Shown here: one piece after another, positions 36,957 through 48,535 of the stretch
Layout: the number at the start of each line of letters is the position of its first letter
Numbering within the stretch: the stretch's first letter is position 1
Assembly (NCBI RefSeq): GCF_000143415.4
Contig: NW_003314280.1
Span: forward strand, 186,001 to 250,000
DNA: 64,000 nt
Direction: 5' to 3'
DNA from: Selaginella moellendorffii
Taxonomy: Eukaryota; Plantae; Lycopodiophyta
The notes under the pieces: generated by a model
What the model was told of the DNA's origin: nothing
Database searches by the model: none
Seen by the model: the letters and a program-made list of their open reading frames with translations, nothing else
Position numbers and translations under genes: made by a program

Positions 36957-37727
36957 TCAGTAACCAGAGCCAGGAGCACCACCGGAGCTTCCACTGCCAC
37001 TTCCACTTCCACTTCCACTTCCGCTGCCACTGCCACCTCCATAAGTTGGCGGCGTTGAGCAGTCGCCACCAACACCACCGCCGCCGCCGCCAGACGATGG
37101 AACTCCACCCGATGGTGAGCTCCCCGACCCCGTTCCTGGCGACGAGCCTCCGCCATAAGATGGAGTGCCTCCAGCTCCTGGAGTTCCAAAGCCGCCAGAC
37201 GGAGTTCCACTTCCTCCTGGGCCGGATGGAGTGCCGCCAACTGGGCCGGATGGAGTGCCTCCGACTGGGCCGGATGGAGTGCCTCCGACTGGGCCGGATG
37301 GAGTGCCGCCGACTGGGCTAGAGCCGGAAGATGGCGGAGCATGTCCACCGCCGTAAGAAGGAACACCGGAGCCTCCTCCTCCCACTGAGCCGGAACCAGA
37401 TGACGGAGGTGTATCCACATCTGGTGATCCAGTGTCAGGAGATCCCACGTCCGGGGCTCCAATATCTGGACCACCAGTGTCGGGAGTTTCACCAACAGGA
37501 GGCGTTCCAACATCGGGTGTGCCTCCTACAGATCCAGAGCCACCAGAATCACCGCCGCCACCACCAACATCACCGCCACCACCACCAACATCACCTCCAC
37601 TCCCGCCACTACCACCACCCCCACCACCATAGTAGCTGAACCGAGGACCAAACTTGCCGTCTCTGGCACTCGCAGCAGCAGCAATGCAGATGGAGAGACA
37701 AGCCGCCAGCAGAACCTTCGAAGCCAT
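36957..37727 (-). CDS. Secreted Gly/Pro/Ser-rich cell-wall-type protein
   Basis: Signal peptide MASKVLLAACLSICIAAAASA; GGGG tracts, (VGGTPSGP)n, recurrent YGGG. Confidence 0.8.
   Translation of the reverse strand: MASKVLLAACLSICIAAAASARDGKFGPRFSYYGGGGGGSGGSGGDVGGGGGDVGGGGGDSGGSGSVGGTPDVGTPPVGETPDTGGPDIGAPDVGSPDTGSPDVDTPPSSGSGSVGGGGSGVPSYGGGHAPPSSGSSPVGGTPSGPVGGTPSGPVGGTPSGPVGGTPSGPGGSGTPSGGFGTPGAGGTPSYGGGSSPGTGSGSSPSGGVPSSGGGGGGVGGDCSTPPTYGGGSGSGSGSGSGSGSGSSGGAPGSGY
37219..37314. repeat. 24-bp coding tandem repeat x4
   Basis: gggccggatggagtgcc(g/t)cc(a/g)act repeated four times. Confidence 0.95.
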
Positions 37728-38511
37728 CAGAGGAGCCCGGACGCAAACAAGCCGAAAGGATGTGTGTGTTGTGCTTCCGCCTCGAGAAGAGTTTGATTTT
37801 ATACCCCGCACACTGTTGTCAATCTAGCTGTGTAGCATTCTAACGCTGCTGCTGCTGTGCTGCTAGTTCGTCTTGTGCAAGACTACGCCATTAAAAGTCC
37901 GGCGCCAGAGCACCGCATTATATCGAATATCCATCTCGTGAAGAGGTGCGCCCTGCTGACATTAAGTCACCGAATAAACTCGTCGTCCACTTCCTACAAA
38001 AGAAGCTATAAAACTCTGAGCCTGAAGTTGCCAGAATTACCTCTTACCAACCGGTTTCGCGTCCTCCCCTCACTTGAGGCATACAAAAACATATTTGGTG
38101 TCTGGACGCTCTGGAGCCCGAACGTCAACGCCAGCATTCATTTTCAGCAACACACCTTCTGCCGCAGTCCTATAATATAGACAGTGATCAGTACTTACCA
38201 ATTACAAAAGAAACACGTACCAAAGTCATGCTTACTTCGTAAGACACCGCACTCCACCACCTTGCTTAAATGCCTCGCTTCGTAGCACGGGAAGGACGCG
38301 GCCCAGCCACTCGAGCCACCGACAAATAATAAGACGGTTTTGCAAGCATTGGCTAGATGAAAACTGGGAACTTGTTTTTTATCGAGCTGTTCCTATCAGC
38401 ACATCAAACTAGTAAGGACATATGAAAGATGCCTAGCCTGGAATTTCTTCTCCTTTGTCATCCTCCTTGTAAGGAAAGGACGATAAGTATGAGGTGCTCA
38501 AAAGTGCTGCC

Positions 38512-40727
38512 TCATGCAGTCAAGACAGTGGCAAGAGCTTCCGATTTCCCACGAACAAAAATTGTGTACACAAGACGAATGGCATCCACCCAGCCGTCCA
38601 CAGCTTCCCAGTTGTCAGCAATCTGCAGGCAACCCGAATGGTGTGAGCCCAAACAACCAACCCGTCTGGAACCTGACGTGATACCATGAAATGCTGGCCT
38701 GAAGGAGTGTCAGCGACGAAGCAACCGCCAGGAGGAAGGCTAAGATCCGCTGTTGGAGACACACAGACTATGTCATGCACCTCAACTCTCCTTGTATGTG
38801 ATCCCTCAGGCGCTTTACTCGGGCTGCTGGATGCTCCAAGAGTCGGAGATCTTTGGTCCACTTTCTCCATCTGTAAACATATTAGCTTCCTCTCATTAAA
38901 AATATACAGCAAATCAGTAAGACCTGATACAAGGCTTCGTGATCCAAGACAAACCACTGCTTTATCCAATCGCTATGAGGTGCTAATGGGTTCCCAATCG
39001 GAGGTACAGTCAAGTATCCGACTTTCAAATATGGTAGAGGAAGCTGTAAGTTCAGAGAAGTCAAAAAAGCACTAATACAAGCTCATACAAGGATTTATAC
39101 CATTGATCTTACAAGTCGAAGAGCGCTCCTATAGACCTGAAAACTGGAAATGTAAAACGCATTAAAAAACCAAGACTTGCCATACTGAATAATCTGGTTT
39201 CAGCGAATGAGCAGCTGCTATGTACACCGCAGACGCACTATAAAGCTCCGGAGCACTTCCTTCGTGAGTGCTAGGACGCCTTCCACTTCTCAAGGTATCT
39301 TCTGCTAGCCCATACTGCATGCAATAGGAAAAAATAAGACTAGCATCTTGCTAAAATAAATGAGAGCACACACCAATACAGTGCCGAGATTGTAAACTGC
39401 ACGATGGAAATCAAATCGGAGACGTATAGCTGCTCGAAACTGTTAACGTAGAAAACATTTCAGGCTTCTTTATCGCAAAAGAGCGCAGTCACCTTCTTTA
39501 TCGCAACTTTAACAATGGCACGTTTTTCTTTTAGAGGAACAATTGCGCCAAGCTCCTGAGTAAGAAGTATATCTAGATCAGTAAGATATATCGCAATAAA
39601 CTGATGGAGGAAGTACCTGAAGAGCAAGTCCCCAGTTGTTCAAAGCCTGAGTGGAAAAACACAAGAAAATACAGCGATGCAAACTTTGAAGATCCACAAC
39701 TTACCTGGGGACTTGTCCAGTTTAGTTGAACAGATTTGTCGTACTTTAGACAAGCCTAAAGAACAGAAGAGTAATATGCAAGCTTAAAGAAAATAAAAAA
39801 TAAAAATCCACTCTACCTGCTTCCAGAGTTCCTCTGCTTCCTTAGTTCTTCCACGAATTTTTGCTCGGTCGGATACTGCAATTCCCCAGTTATAAAAGGC
39901 CTACAGGAAAATAACAAGTAAGCTACAACAACTTTGTACGTAAGTTATCACACCTCGTGCAAAGAAGGACAAAATCTCGTTGCTGCTTCATACTTTCTGC
40001 AAGCTTCATCTAGCAGAGCATCTTTCTCAGCAGGCCCAGACTCAGTTCCAATACTGTCAGCGCTTTCCTGCGGAAAACTTTAAGGTCGAGAGCAGGAAAA
40101 GAGAAAAGAAAACCTGGAGCACCAACGCCCAGTTGTATAGAGCATCAGCATCCTGAGGATTTTTCTCCACTGCAGTAGCATATCTGGAAACCAAACAAAA
40201 ACATGTAAGAACGAAAGAAGAAGAAAAGAGTGTAGACCATGGTACCTTTTGGCAGCAAATGCAAGAATTCTCTGCCTGGAACGACCCTCCTCGTCTCCCG
40301 CTGCGATGTTTTGCAGCACATCACCAATTATACTCGATCTACTCGGTGATCTCTCCTTGCGAGCTTCATTCCTGGAATAATCGTTTGCTTCTACGTCCAA
40401 CTGAATCGAAAGCTCTTACCTCTGCGTGGTGGTAGCACCGCTTTTCTCGTCACCAGTAGCCCTGACAGCATGGGCGTGGATGTGATCAAACAGCTTAGAC
40501 TCATCCACATTGACGCTTTCCTCGTGACTAGCACCAGATTTCCTTCTCTCTTGCTCCACTAGCTGATGCACACCGTTGGCCAAGTCCGAGGCTTTGGATG
40601 CGGCCGCCGGAGGAGGAGAAGGAGCGGCTGGGGCGGAAGCCTTGGCCAATGACGCCGGGAAGGCCTTGGATTCAGCTGCATTCTTCGACATTTCAAGCCG
40701 CTCGTCGATATTTCCTCCTATTTCCAC
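38512..40727 (-). CDS. HLB1: HLB1 (TPR + C-terminal PH-like domain), multi-exon
   Basis: [76 protein letters not shown]. Confidence 0.88.
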
Positions 40728-40884
40728 TGCTGCGACATTGGATCCAACCGAATTCGTGCCAGATCTCGCACGAGCTCGCTCAGATCATCCTGCCCTAGCC
40801 AATTCTCATTCCACCAAGAACCCTAAACTCCAAAGGGAAAACTTTGTGTTAAATTAAAAAATAAGCACATGTTTTACATTTGCG

Positions 40885-43800
40885 TTAAACCTCGATGTCT
40901 TGCGTCTCTCTAAACGGCAGTGGCACGCATTTGACTGCTCGAAAGTTACCAACATTGTTGAGATGCTCGTTCTCAATCCTGGCAGGGTGAAAAACAAGCA
41001 GTAAATTTCATCCACACTGTGACACAAAATTCTACTCTACCAGTAGCCTTGCCTTTCCTTACCTGTAGAAATTCCATTGCCCTCTTCTAAAAACTTCTAG
41101 CGAAGCAAAGATAAACTCCGTGACATGCCGATCCAGGCCCGTAAACTGGAAGTTCGTGATGGATTGAAGCCACGCAAAACGAAGTAGAGTATTCAACACC
41201 TGTGAAGAAACAATGACAAACTAGTCGCGACATTGTGAAACAATTGATTCTTGTTACCATTGAAACGAAGTAGAAGCTTTTGTGCTTGAGAATCAACCGG
41301 TCCCTGAGCCAGGCATTGATGGAGCAAGGCTGAAGAAGGCCCCAGTCGATAACAAGGTCCCAGTAGAGCTGATACAACGTTGCTATCGTCGAGGTGATTA
41401 TAAACATGACGAGCCAAGTTGTGGTACCCTTTTTAATGTAAGAAAGCCGGCTTCCAACAGCCACCATAGCTGACAAGTACTTCCCACCGTTTGCAATATG
41501 AGCTCTGTTCCTCTCGTCAATCCATCGTCTAAGACACTGGAAAGAACTTTAACCATTAAGAACTTGAAACGAAGAAGAATGGATTTAGCTTTGAAAACCT
41601 GTAAGAGTCGCCACCAGTATGGTATAAGTGAGACGAAGTACATGATATCTTTGGAGCTGCCAACGCAAGCTCCTGTGTTCTTGGTCTTGAAATGGCCCCA
41701 ACCGTAGTAGCAAATCACAAACTCCAAGTGCCTGAAGAGCGTTACCTGCCTCGAGAGAACTGTAAGCACCGCAGCAAGATCAAACGATCGGAACTCCTCA
41801 CGTACCTGACTAGTAAGCTGGTCAGCTAGGAAAAAATCCGCTAGCACCACCTGTGGATGCAAAGATGAAGAGAAAAAGACCAAGCTTTAGAAGAAAGCTT
41901 GCCTTGTAAAACGGTGCGAAAACAATATGGCGGAGGCACCGCGTGAAAAAAGCACGGCTCGAACGGTAGAAAAGGTCGAACGGGAAAAAGAGCAATCCCA
42001 GAAAGATCTGTTGGAAACCAAACGCTTCAGTTCAGCCAAAATGGAGCAAAGATGGATTTCTTTTCTGCATTTGCTCTTACCAAAACGATAGCAGCAGGAA
42101 TGAGGTCGACGCTTGTTGAGGCTTTTGCTTTGACGTGCGCAACCAGATGAGCCACCATTCCTCCAACAACGACTGTCGTGAGGCCTGTGCTGAGGAGAAA
42201 TATTTCCCTGTGCCGGAGTTCTTTGCCGGGCTGGAACTCAAATATAAATGGGTAATTGATGCGTTCTCGTCTCCAAGCATAAACGTTGCAGCCATACATG
42301 TACATGTGTAGCAGTACCAGTGCCAGCATACTGCTCGATCAAGACTTGGAGGTGTTAGTAGAAGACCTTTCGAGGAAACAAAGAAAAAACTTTGAGAAAC
42401 CTGGCTTAGTGCTTTGAAAGACCTGAAAGTTGGAAATATGGACTCCATGTAGCTAGACTCCGACATGGTTTCTGCGGCTGAGATATAGCTACCAGTGATG
42501 TGCGAGACGATGAGAAACGCAGCCAGCAATGCGACGAAACCTCCCGTAAAAACTCCTGCATGATTTCGCAATCAGTGTTGATCAGAGATTCATGGAGGGT
42601 TTTCTACCGAGAAAAAATGTGACCGTGTGGGACGCCTTTTGCTGCATTGGTCTCAAGCACGTCATTGCGTGCTTGCGGTCGTTCTTTGCGAAATGCTCCG
42701 TGAAAAGCTTCTCCACTTTTTCCATGAGATTAGCGGCCTACTCGGAAATATGCAAACCAAAAGTTGTAAAACCACAAAGATGGCTCGGAAAATCAACCTT
42801 GTCAGAGCTGCTAAAGAACGAGCTTTCCACTGCCCGCAAATAAGTCGGCATTGCTTTCCTGCCAGTCACCTAAAATCACAACCCAAAAAAACTTTTAGAG
42901 TTTTCTCTCGAGTCCTCACAGATTTTCACCTTGTCATATTTTTTCAAAATCTTTGCGAATGCCACCACGTTCAAAGAGCTGTAATCAGATGGAATAAGCA
43001 CGAAAGGATCTTACACAGACTAACTTGGAATCACCTGAAACTCTTCAGCAATCCAAGGCCACGATAAAACTCGATGAATGCCAAGCGCAGCACCTTCTCT
43101 GCAGAGTGAACCTTTTTCTTGGTCGCGTGGATGTCCGTCTCTTGAGATATGTTTTTCTTGGATTGGTGTATCAATGCTTGCGAGAGGGACGCTATCGTAG
43201 TGGTAGGAGATGCCGGAGATTTCACGTCCTGTGGACCGAATATAGGCTGCCGTTCAAGCGAATTTCCCATCTCAATGCTACTGTTTCCCGCAGAGTTATC
43301 ACCTGCACTCCTCGAGATGTATCAGCGCGAGATTTCTAAAAGAAAGCAAACTACAGTCTGTGCACCTGAGAATAACTCCAGCGTTTGCTTCGTTTCAATC
43401 AGCAGTGACATTTGCCTGCTCAAAGCCTCGGCTCTTTTGCAGTACTCCTCCTCCTTTCTCCTGTAAAACTTGTTCACGTTGTTAAGCTGGCCATCCAGGC
43501 GGGCAAAGAACATCTTCTCCTCTTCGACCTGTGAAATCGGCCCCAAGAGTTCTGTCTCGTAAAGCTCGTCCGGGGGCAACTGATGCACCTGGAGAACAAA
43601 AACTATCAAAGAAGCTTTCAAAGAAAGGAAGAACTTTGACAGTTACGAAGAACTTACTCGAATGACTTCGCTCTGGCTCCATGTCAAGATCTTCCGCCTG
43701 GTGAGACCGCTGAAAGTCCTGAGGGGCGAAGAATCGGCGGGCGAGGGAGAAGAGCCAGCGGCATCAGCACTAGCAGCAGCACCACCCCCACCCGGAGATA

Positions 43801-43927
43801 AAATTTGCTTCTTGCGAAGCACCAGCTTGACCTGCTTGAGATCCTTCTTGAGCTGCCAGTAATCGCAGTAGGCCGATCTCCACTCGGGAACAAGCTGGCC
43901 ATCGAGCTGCTTGGAGAACTTGACCAT
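40885..43927 (-). CDS. PHO1: PHO1-family phosphate exporter (SPX + EXS), multi-exon
   Basis: [85 protein letters not shown]. Confidence 0.95.
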
Positions 43928-44162
43928 GCTGGATGAAAAAGATGATGCATCCCTTTTCTCTTCTCTTCTTCTCGTTCTACTTCTAAATGAAAGACCAGCT
44001 CTCACCAAATAAAGCGGTGCCACTGCCAGTCCCACACCCTATTTCCCGTGAATCGATCGGGAGAGCAAAGCTTGCCTCCTTTCCAACCGCAAGACGCTAG
44101 TCAAGTGGTTGGGACTTCTCACTTTAGGGCTCCTCGGCGTCAGCTAGGGTTTTCTGACCGGC

Positions 44163-45125
44163 ATGGCGGGGATTGGGATCTGCCGCTGGAAATGCGAGGC
44201 CTGGCCGTGGATTCAAGGCGCCCGCGAAGTCCAGGCTCCAGCATTGCCTCCACAGAAGCGGCAATTCAGACCCAGGATCGATGTCCGCAAGCTGCTAGGT
44301 ATTGTATGATCATCGCACCAATGCTTCTAGTTTTTGATCTTTCCCGTGCTGCTGCCAGCCGCAAGAGCTCCGGAGCAAAGCCTAGAGAGTGCTGCTATTC
44401 GCGTGCCACAGGCGAACGCCATCCAGAACCCCAGAGCGACACACAACGCGGCGGCATTGGCATATTTGGGAGATGCGGTCTACGAGGTATGTTTGTGTGG
44501 GGGAAAAAATCGCTCTTTTCATGGACATCGCAGCTCTATGTCCGCAGGCATTTCCTCACACCACCACAATCCATGGACAAATACAATGCTTGTGTCATGG
44601 CAGTAGTTTGTTGTGAAGCTCAAGTAAGCTCTATCGCTTTCCTTTCCTATCCTTGGCTTGATGTTCGAAGAAACACCATTGTTGCCTCTCAGGATTCTTT
44701 GCTGCAAGAAGTCCTGAAGGGGAAATTCTTGTCACAGGAGGAAAGGTAACCGGATATCTTCTTCAAAAGGTGACTTTTTGTAACGTTTTTTCCATCGATC
44801 AGGGACGTTGTGAGATGGGGAAAGAATGTTGTAACAGCACACAGCCGTGCTACAAAACGAGCCGGCTCGGCCGTTTACAGTGGAGCCTCTGCCTTGGAGA
44901 CACTCGTAAGCCTTCTTGCAGAACTGAAGTTCGTCGTTTACCTTTTCCTTTCTTTCCTGTCAGATAGGCTTCCTCTACCTGAGAGATCCCAGCAGATTGG
45001 ACGAGCTCATGACCAAGCTAGGATTCAACAGAGACCCTGAAGATCTCCCGCAAGGACAAAGTACGATGGCGGCGACTGCAGTAAATACTCGAGCATGCAG
45101 CATGTCAACGGAGGCCAATGCATGA
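44163..45125 (+). CDS. Mini-ribonuclease III (organellar Mini-III type)
   Basis: HNAAALAYLGDAVYELYVRRHFL, VVRWGKN, YSGASALETLIGFLYL; no dsRBD. Confidence 0.9.
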
Positions 45126-45480
45126 ATTTGTCAAACGGTGGGTGCGTGTTGGGAAGAACAGGCAGTCCGGTGGAACCCATCCCGTAAGACGTGCAGGCCG
45201 TAATGAGATCTCGCATTCTTTTTTCTTCGCTCGCCCTTTTACTTGGTACTCTGGCCATTATTGTTTTTACAGTGAGCAGGAGCTAAAAAGATAGAACGGA
45301 AGAGGACTCCTGACCTTCCTCCTGCCCGTGGGGTCGACTTCTACAACAATCTCACACAGGTTTCATAGGTTCCTCAATAGTACTGTGGCAGAGAAGGGAC
45401 ATCGTTCTTCCTATCCCTTTCACTCGAGCTACAAGCCGGGGGTATGAGTCCAAATCTGGGAGTGGAGATACAGTGAGAGG

Positions 45481-46188
45481 ATGAAAATCCGATTGAGCTT
45501 AGGCGGGAGTAGCAAGCGATTCACTTACCAGGCCATTTCATCTTCGTCTCGAATCGAAGACGATGAGCCTCTGCTCACTCTCCGCTCCAGCGCTCCTCAG
45601 CCGGGAGGACGAATCCAGGGGGAGAAGGAACAGGACGGCGGTGGGATAAGGCCAGGAATGATCAAGTTGCTAGTTTTGAAGCTGGATGGAACATCCTTCG
45701 GTAAGCAGTACGCTTGTTCTTCTGCTAGATCCGGCTTCCTCATTGTTTTTGCTTTGGTTTTCTGGATTAGACGTGAGTGTTCCAGTTGCGGCAACAGTCG
45801 GGGAGATGAAATCAACACTGGAGAGGACCGTGAACGAGCTGGAGGTGAAAGTGCTGGGCTACTGCGACATTCAGTGGTGACATTCATTCATTCTGGTTTT
45901 GCATTCATTGGAGAAAGCATCGTTTTTTTTTTTTCCTCGTGCAGGGAACAAGTCTGGAGTAACTTCTGCCTGTGCTACATGAATCAGAAGCTGCTGGACG
46001 ACAAAGCATCGTTGCGAGCATTTGGGATCCACGACGATGATCAGGTGAGTTCATTTTGGTGTGAAGTTTCTGAAGTTTCTCTTCTTCTGATGTTTTCGCA
46101 GGTAGCGTTTCTTCGCCACTCGGCTGATCCTCAAGAGCCACAAACCACGAAGAGGAGAAGCTCTCTTCGCAAATCCAAATTTACTTAG
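45481..46188 (+). CDS. SNRNP25-like (U11/U12 25K) ubiquitin-like domain protein
   Basis: IKLLVLKLDGTSFDVSV, ATVGEMK, WEQVWSNFCL, LRAFGIHDDDQVAF. Confidence 0.8.
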   Translation: MKIRLSLGGSSKRFTYQAISSSSRIEDDEPLLTLRSSAPQPGGRIQGEKEQDGGGIRPGMIKLLVLKLDGTSFGKQYACSSARSGFLIVFALVFWIRRECSSCGNSRGDEINTGEDRERAGGESAGLLRHSVVTFIHSGFAFIGESIVFFFSSCREQVWSNFCLCYMNQKLLDDKASLRAFGIHDDDQVSSFWCEVSEVSLLLMFSQVAFLRHSADPQEPQTTKRRSSLRKSKFT

Positions 46189-46250
46189 GGAGAAGAATGG
46201 AATCCAAAACTGTCTCTTTTGAGCATGTATGTTAGATAGTTTGCCCTAGA

Positions 46251-48271
46251 ATGGCAGCGGAAGCGATCGAGGCGATGGAGTCCACGAACGAGGGCGCCGC
46301 GGCAGCATCAGTAGCATTCCAGGTGAGGAGCAGCTGGCAAGCGATCCAGGGGCAAATCGACAGCGTCATGGATGTCATCCTCGATTCCGGTGATCCAAGC
46401 ACGGAGTCATCCACCAGCATTGTCGCTGCGGGAGATCGAGATCTGTCCCTGGCGCCGCCTCCAATCAATCCAGGGCCCTGCGAGATCACAGGTAAATCAT
46501 TTCCTCTTGTCCTGTGTCTGGAGATAGAGCTCTTTTGTTTCTTGGTGATGATCCAGTGGAATTCCAGCATAGGTTGTGCCATGTCCACAGCATTTGCGTC
46601 CTCAGCAGCTCGCGGCAGTGTGAGATCTACTCCCAGGCTCAATCCGCCGGAGACTTCGACTACATATGCACTGCTCGCGGCACGCTCCTCAAGGAAGGCT
46701 GCTCGTCCGGAGAAACTGGCCAGCTTTACGAGGCAGAGATCGAGCTTGTGAATGCTCATCCGTGGGCGGCTGTGAAGATCAGGGTGCTATCGCTGGAAAA
46801 TCCATCGCGAGCTAACGTGCGGAAGATCACTGTCCGTGGGAGTGCTGGTGGTGCCCCGCCAACTTTAGCCGCTCGTGAGGATGAACAGGGAAGCTTTAGC
46901 AGCAACAGCAGTAACTCCTCTTCGCTCCTCACGATGCTCATGCCAAGCGTCCTACAGATCGTCCGTGGCATGTCCGATGGAATGGAGACCCGGCGCGCAG
47001 CAGCGCGGGTACCACAGAAGATCGAGGCTGGTCCTAGCAAAGAAGCAGAGCTGTCTCGACAACACGCTGAAACGAGCCTTCGGCTTCAAAGGCTGGAGAT
47101 GGTCATTGGTCGTATGGAAGCGTTCCTCCAGGGGGCGTTTTCCAAGCTGGATAATCGGATGAGTAGCATGGAGGCACAGATTTCTACGCTTCAACAGCAG
47201 CCTCTGGAGTCGCGGGATGTTCCAGCCTCAGAGATGAGGCAGCCATCTCCATCATCAGATGCTAGGCCGGATGTTCCAGTGGACGAAGCTGAGCACTCAA
47301 ACACTGCCGATCTTCGAGAGGACGAAGGCCTTGATGGCGATGGTGACGATGAAGACGACGAGAACGAAGAAGAAGAAGATCAAGAAGAAGACGACGATAA
47401 TGATCAATCCTCTCTGAGTCTTGATGGCTCCGGCGAATCCTCCAGCGGCAGTTTAGAAACGGACTCTACCACTGCTCGACGAGGCTCGCTCTCGCTGGAG
47501 GACGCGTGGGCTTCGGCGCTGGCAGCGTTCTCGGTGGCAGTTGTTCCTGCCGCACCAGGCCCGGAGGAGAAGTTCGAGGATGCGGTAGCTGAAGTTAATG
47601 CAGAGAGGCCAGCCGACTCCAACGGGGACATTGGTGAAGAAAAAGAGGAAAGGAATGGAGAATCGGAGCCAGGAGGAGGTGACGCGACAACGTCAGCTTG
47701 GTGGGGAGAATTCATCGAAGTACCAGCAGCACAAGAGCAGCAAAGCGATCACCACAGTAGAGCAGAGGGAGTGGAGGTTTTGGTCGAGCAACAGGGAAAA
47801 GAGAATGCACAAGAGGAGCAAAGTCAGCACCACAGTACAGCAGAGGGAGTGGAGGTTTTGATCGAGCAACAGGGAAAAGAGAATGCACAAGAGCAGCAAA
47901 GTCAGCACCATAGTACAGCAGAGGGAGTGGAGGTTTTGATCGAGCAACAGGGAAAAGAGAAAAGCGATGGCAATGATCCGGCTCCTGTTGGCATGACTGC
48001 GGCAGGAGAATCAGCTGGAAGTCGCGAAGTGGATTTGATCGATTTTGAGGAGCAGGAGCCGAGGAAGAGCAACTTCAGCTCCGGTGATTGTCCCGGCGGA
48101 TTCTCCCCGGACTCGCTGCTCATCGATTGTATAGACGGCGTTTACCTGATGGAGCAGAAGAAGATGGTTCCACAGAAAGGTGGCAGTGACGAGAGTGTGG
48201 AGGATGGGTTTGATCTCATCGCGTCGCCGCGCAAAGTGGATCCCGAGATTTGCACGGATCTAATGTTTTAA
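46251..48271 (+). CDS. PAAT/C10orf88-like plant protein with acidic low-complexity tail, 2 exons
   Basis: GPCEITVEF..VHSICVLSSSRQCEIY N-domain, LLTMLMPSVLQ motif, coiled coil, LSLEDAWASAL. Confidence 0.6.
47732..47960 (+). repeat. 78-bp (26-aa) coding tandem repeat, ~3 copies
   Basis: QEQQS(D/Q)HHS(R/T)AEGVEVL(V/I)EQQGKE(NA). Confidence 0.95.
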
Positions 48272-48535
48272 CCTTTAGCAAAGATTGATTTTTTTATGGG
48301 AAATAAAGAAAATGAAAAGGCAAAGGTGGTGGTGATGGTGGAGATTCCGAGAAAGAATAATAAGAGCCGAGAGGATTGTCATCGCATAGTTCAAGGACAG
48401 CACGCGACACCCTTGGCTGCCAAAATTTCCATCCCCTTCTTAGCAAAGTTTCTGTGCACGCATGGAAAGAAAGCCCAAAAGAGAAAGAGCGCTAAAAACT
48501 CCTCTTCCAGATTGTTACCATGATTCGGCGATGAT

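Noticed and set aside
37219-37314. Regular short repeats as a possible CRISPR array
   Set aside because: No spacers; an in-frame coding repeat in a eukaryotic gene
44048-44749. 233-aa ORF overlapping the Mini-III gene
   Set aside because: GTG start; crosses introns, and only part is in the true coding frame
45130-45480. Possible miRNA or snoRNA in the intergenic region
   Set aside because: Only short imperfect hairpins; no convincing C/D boxes or long stem
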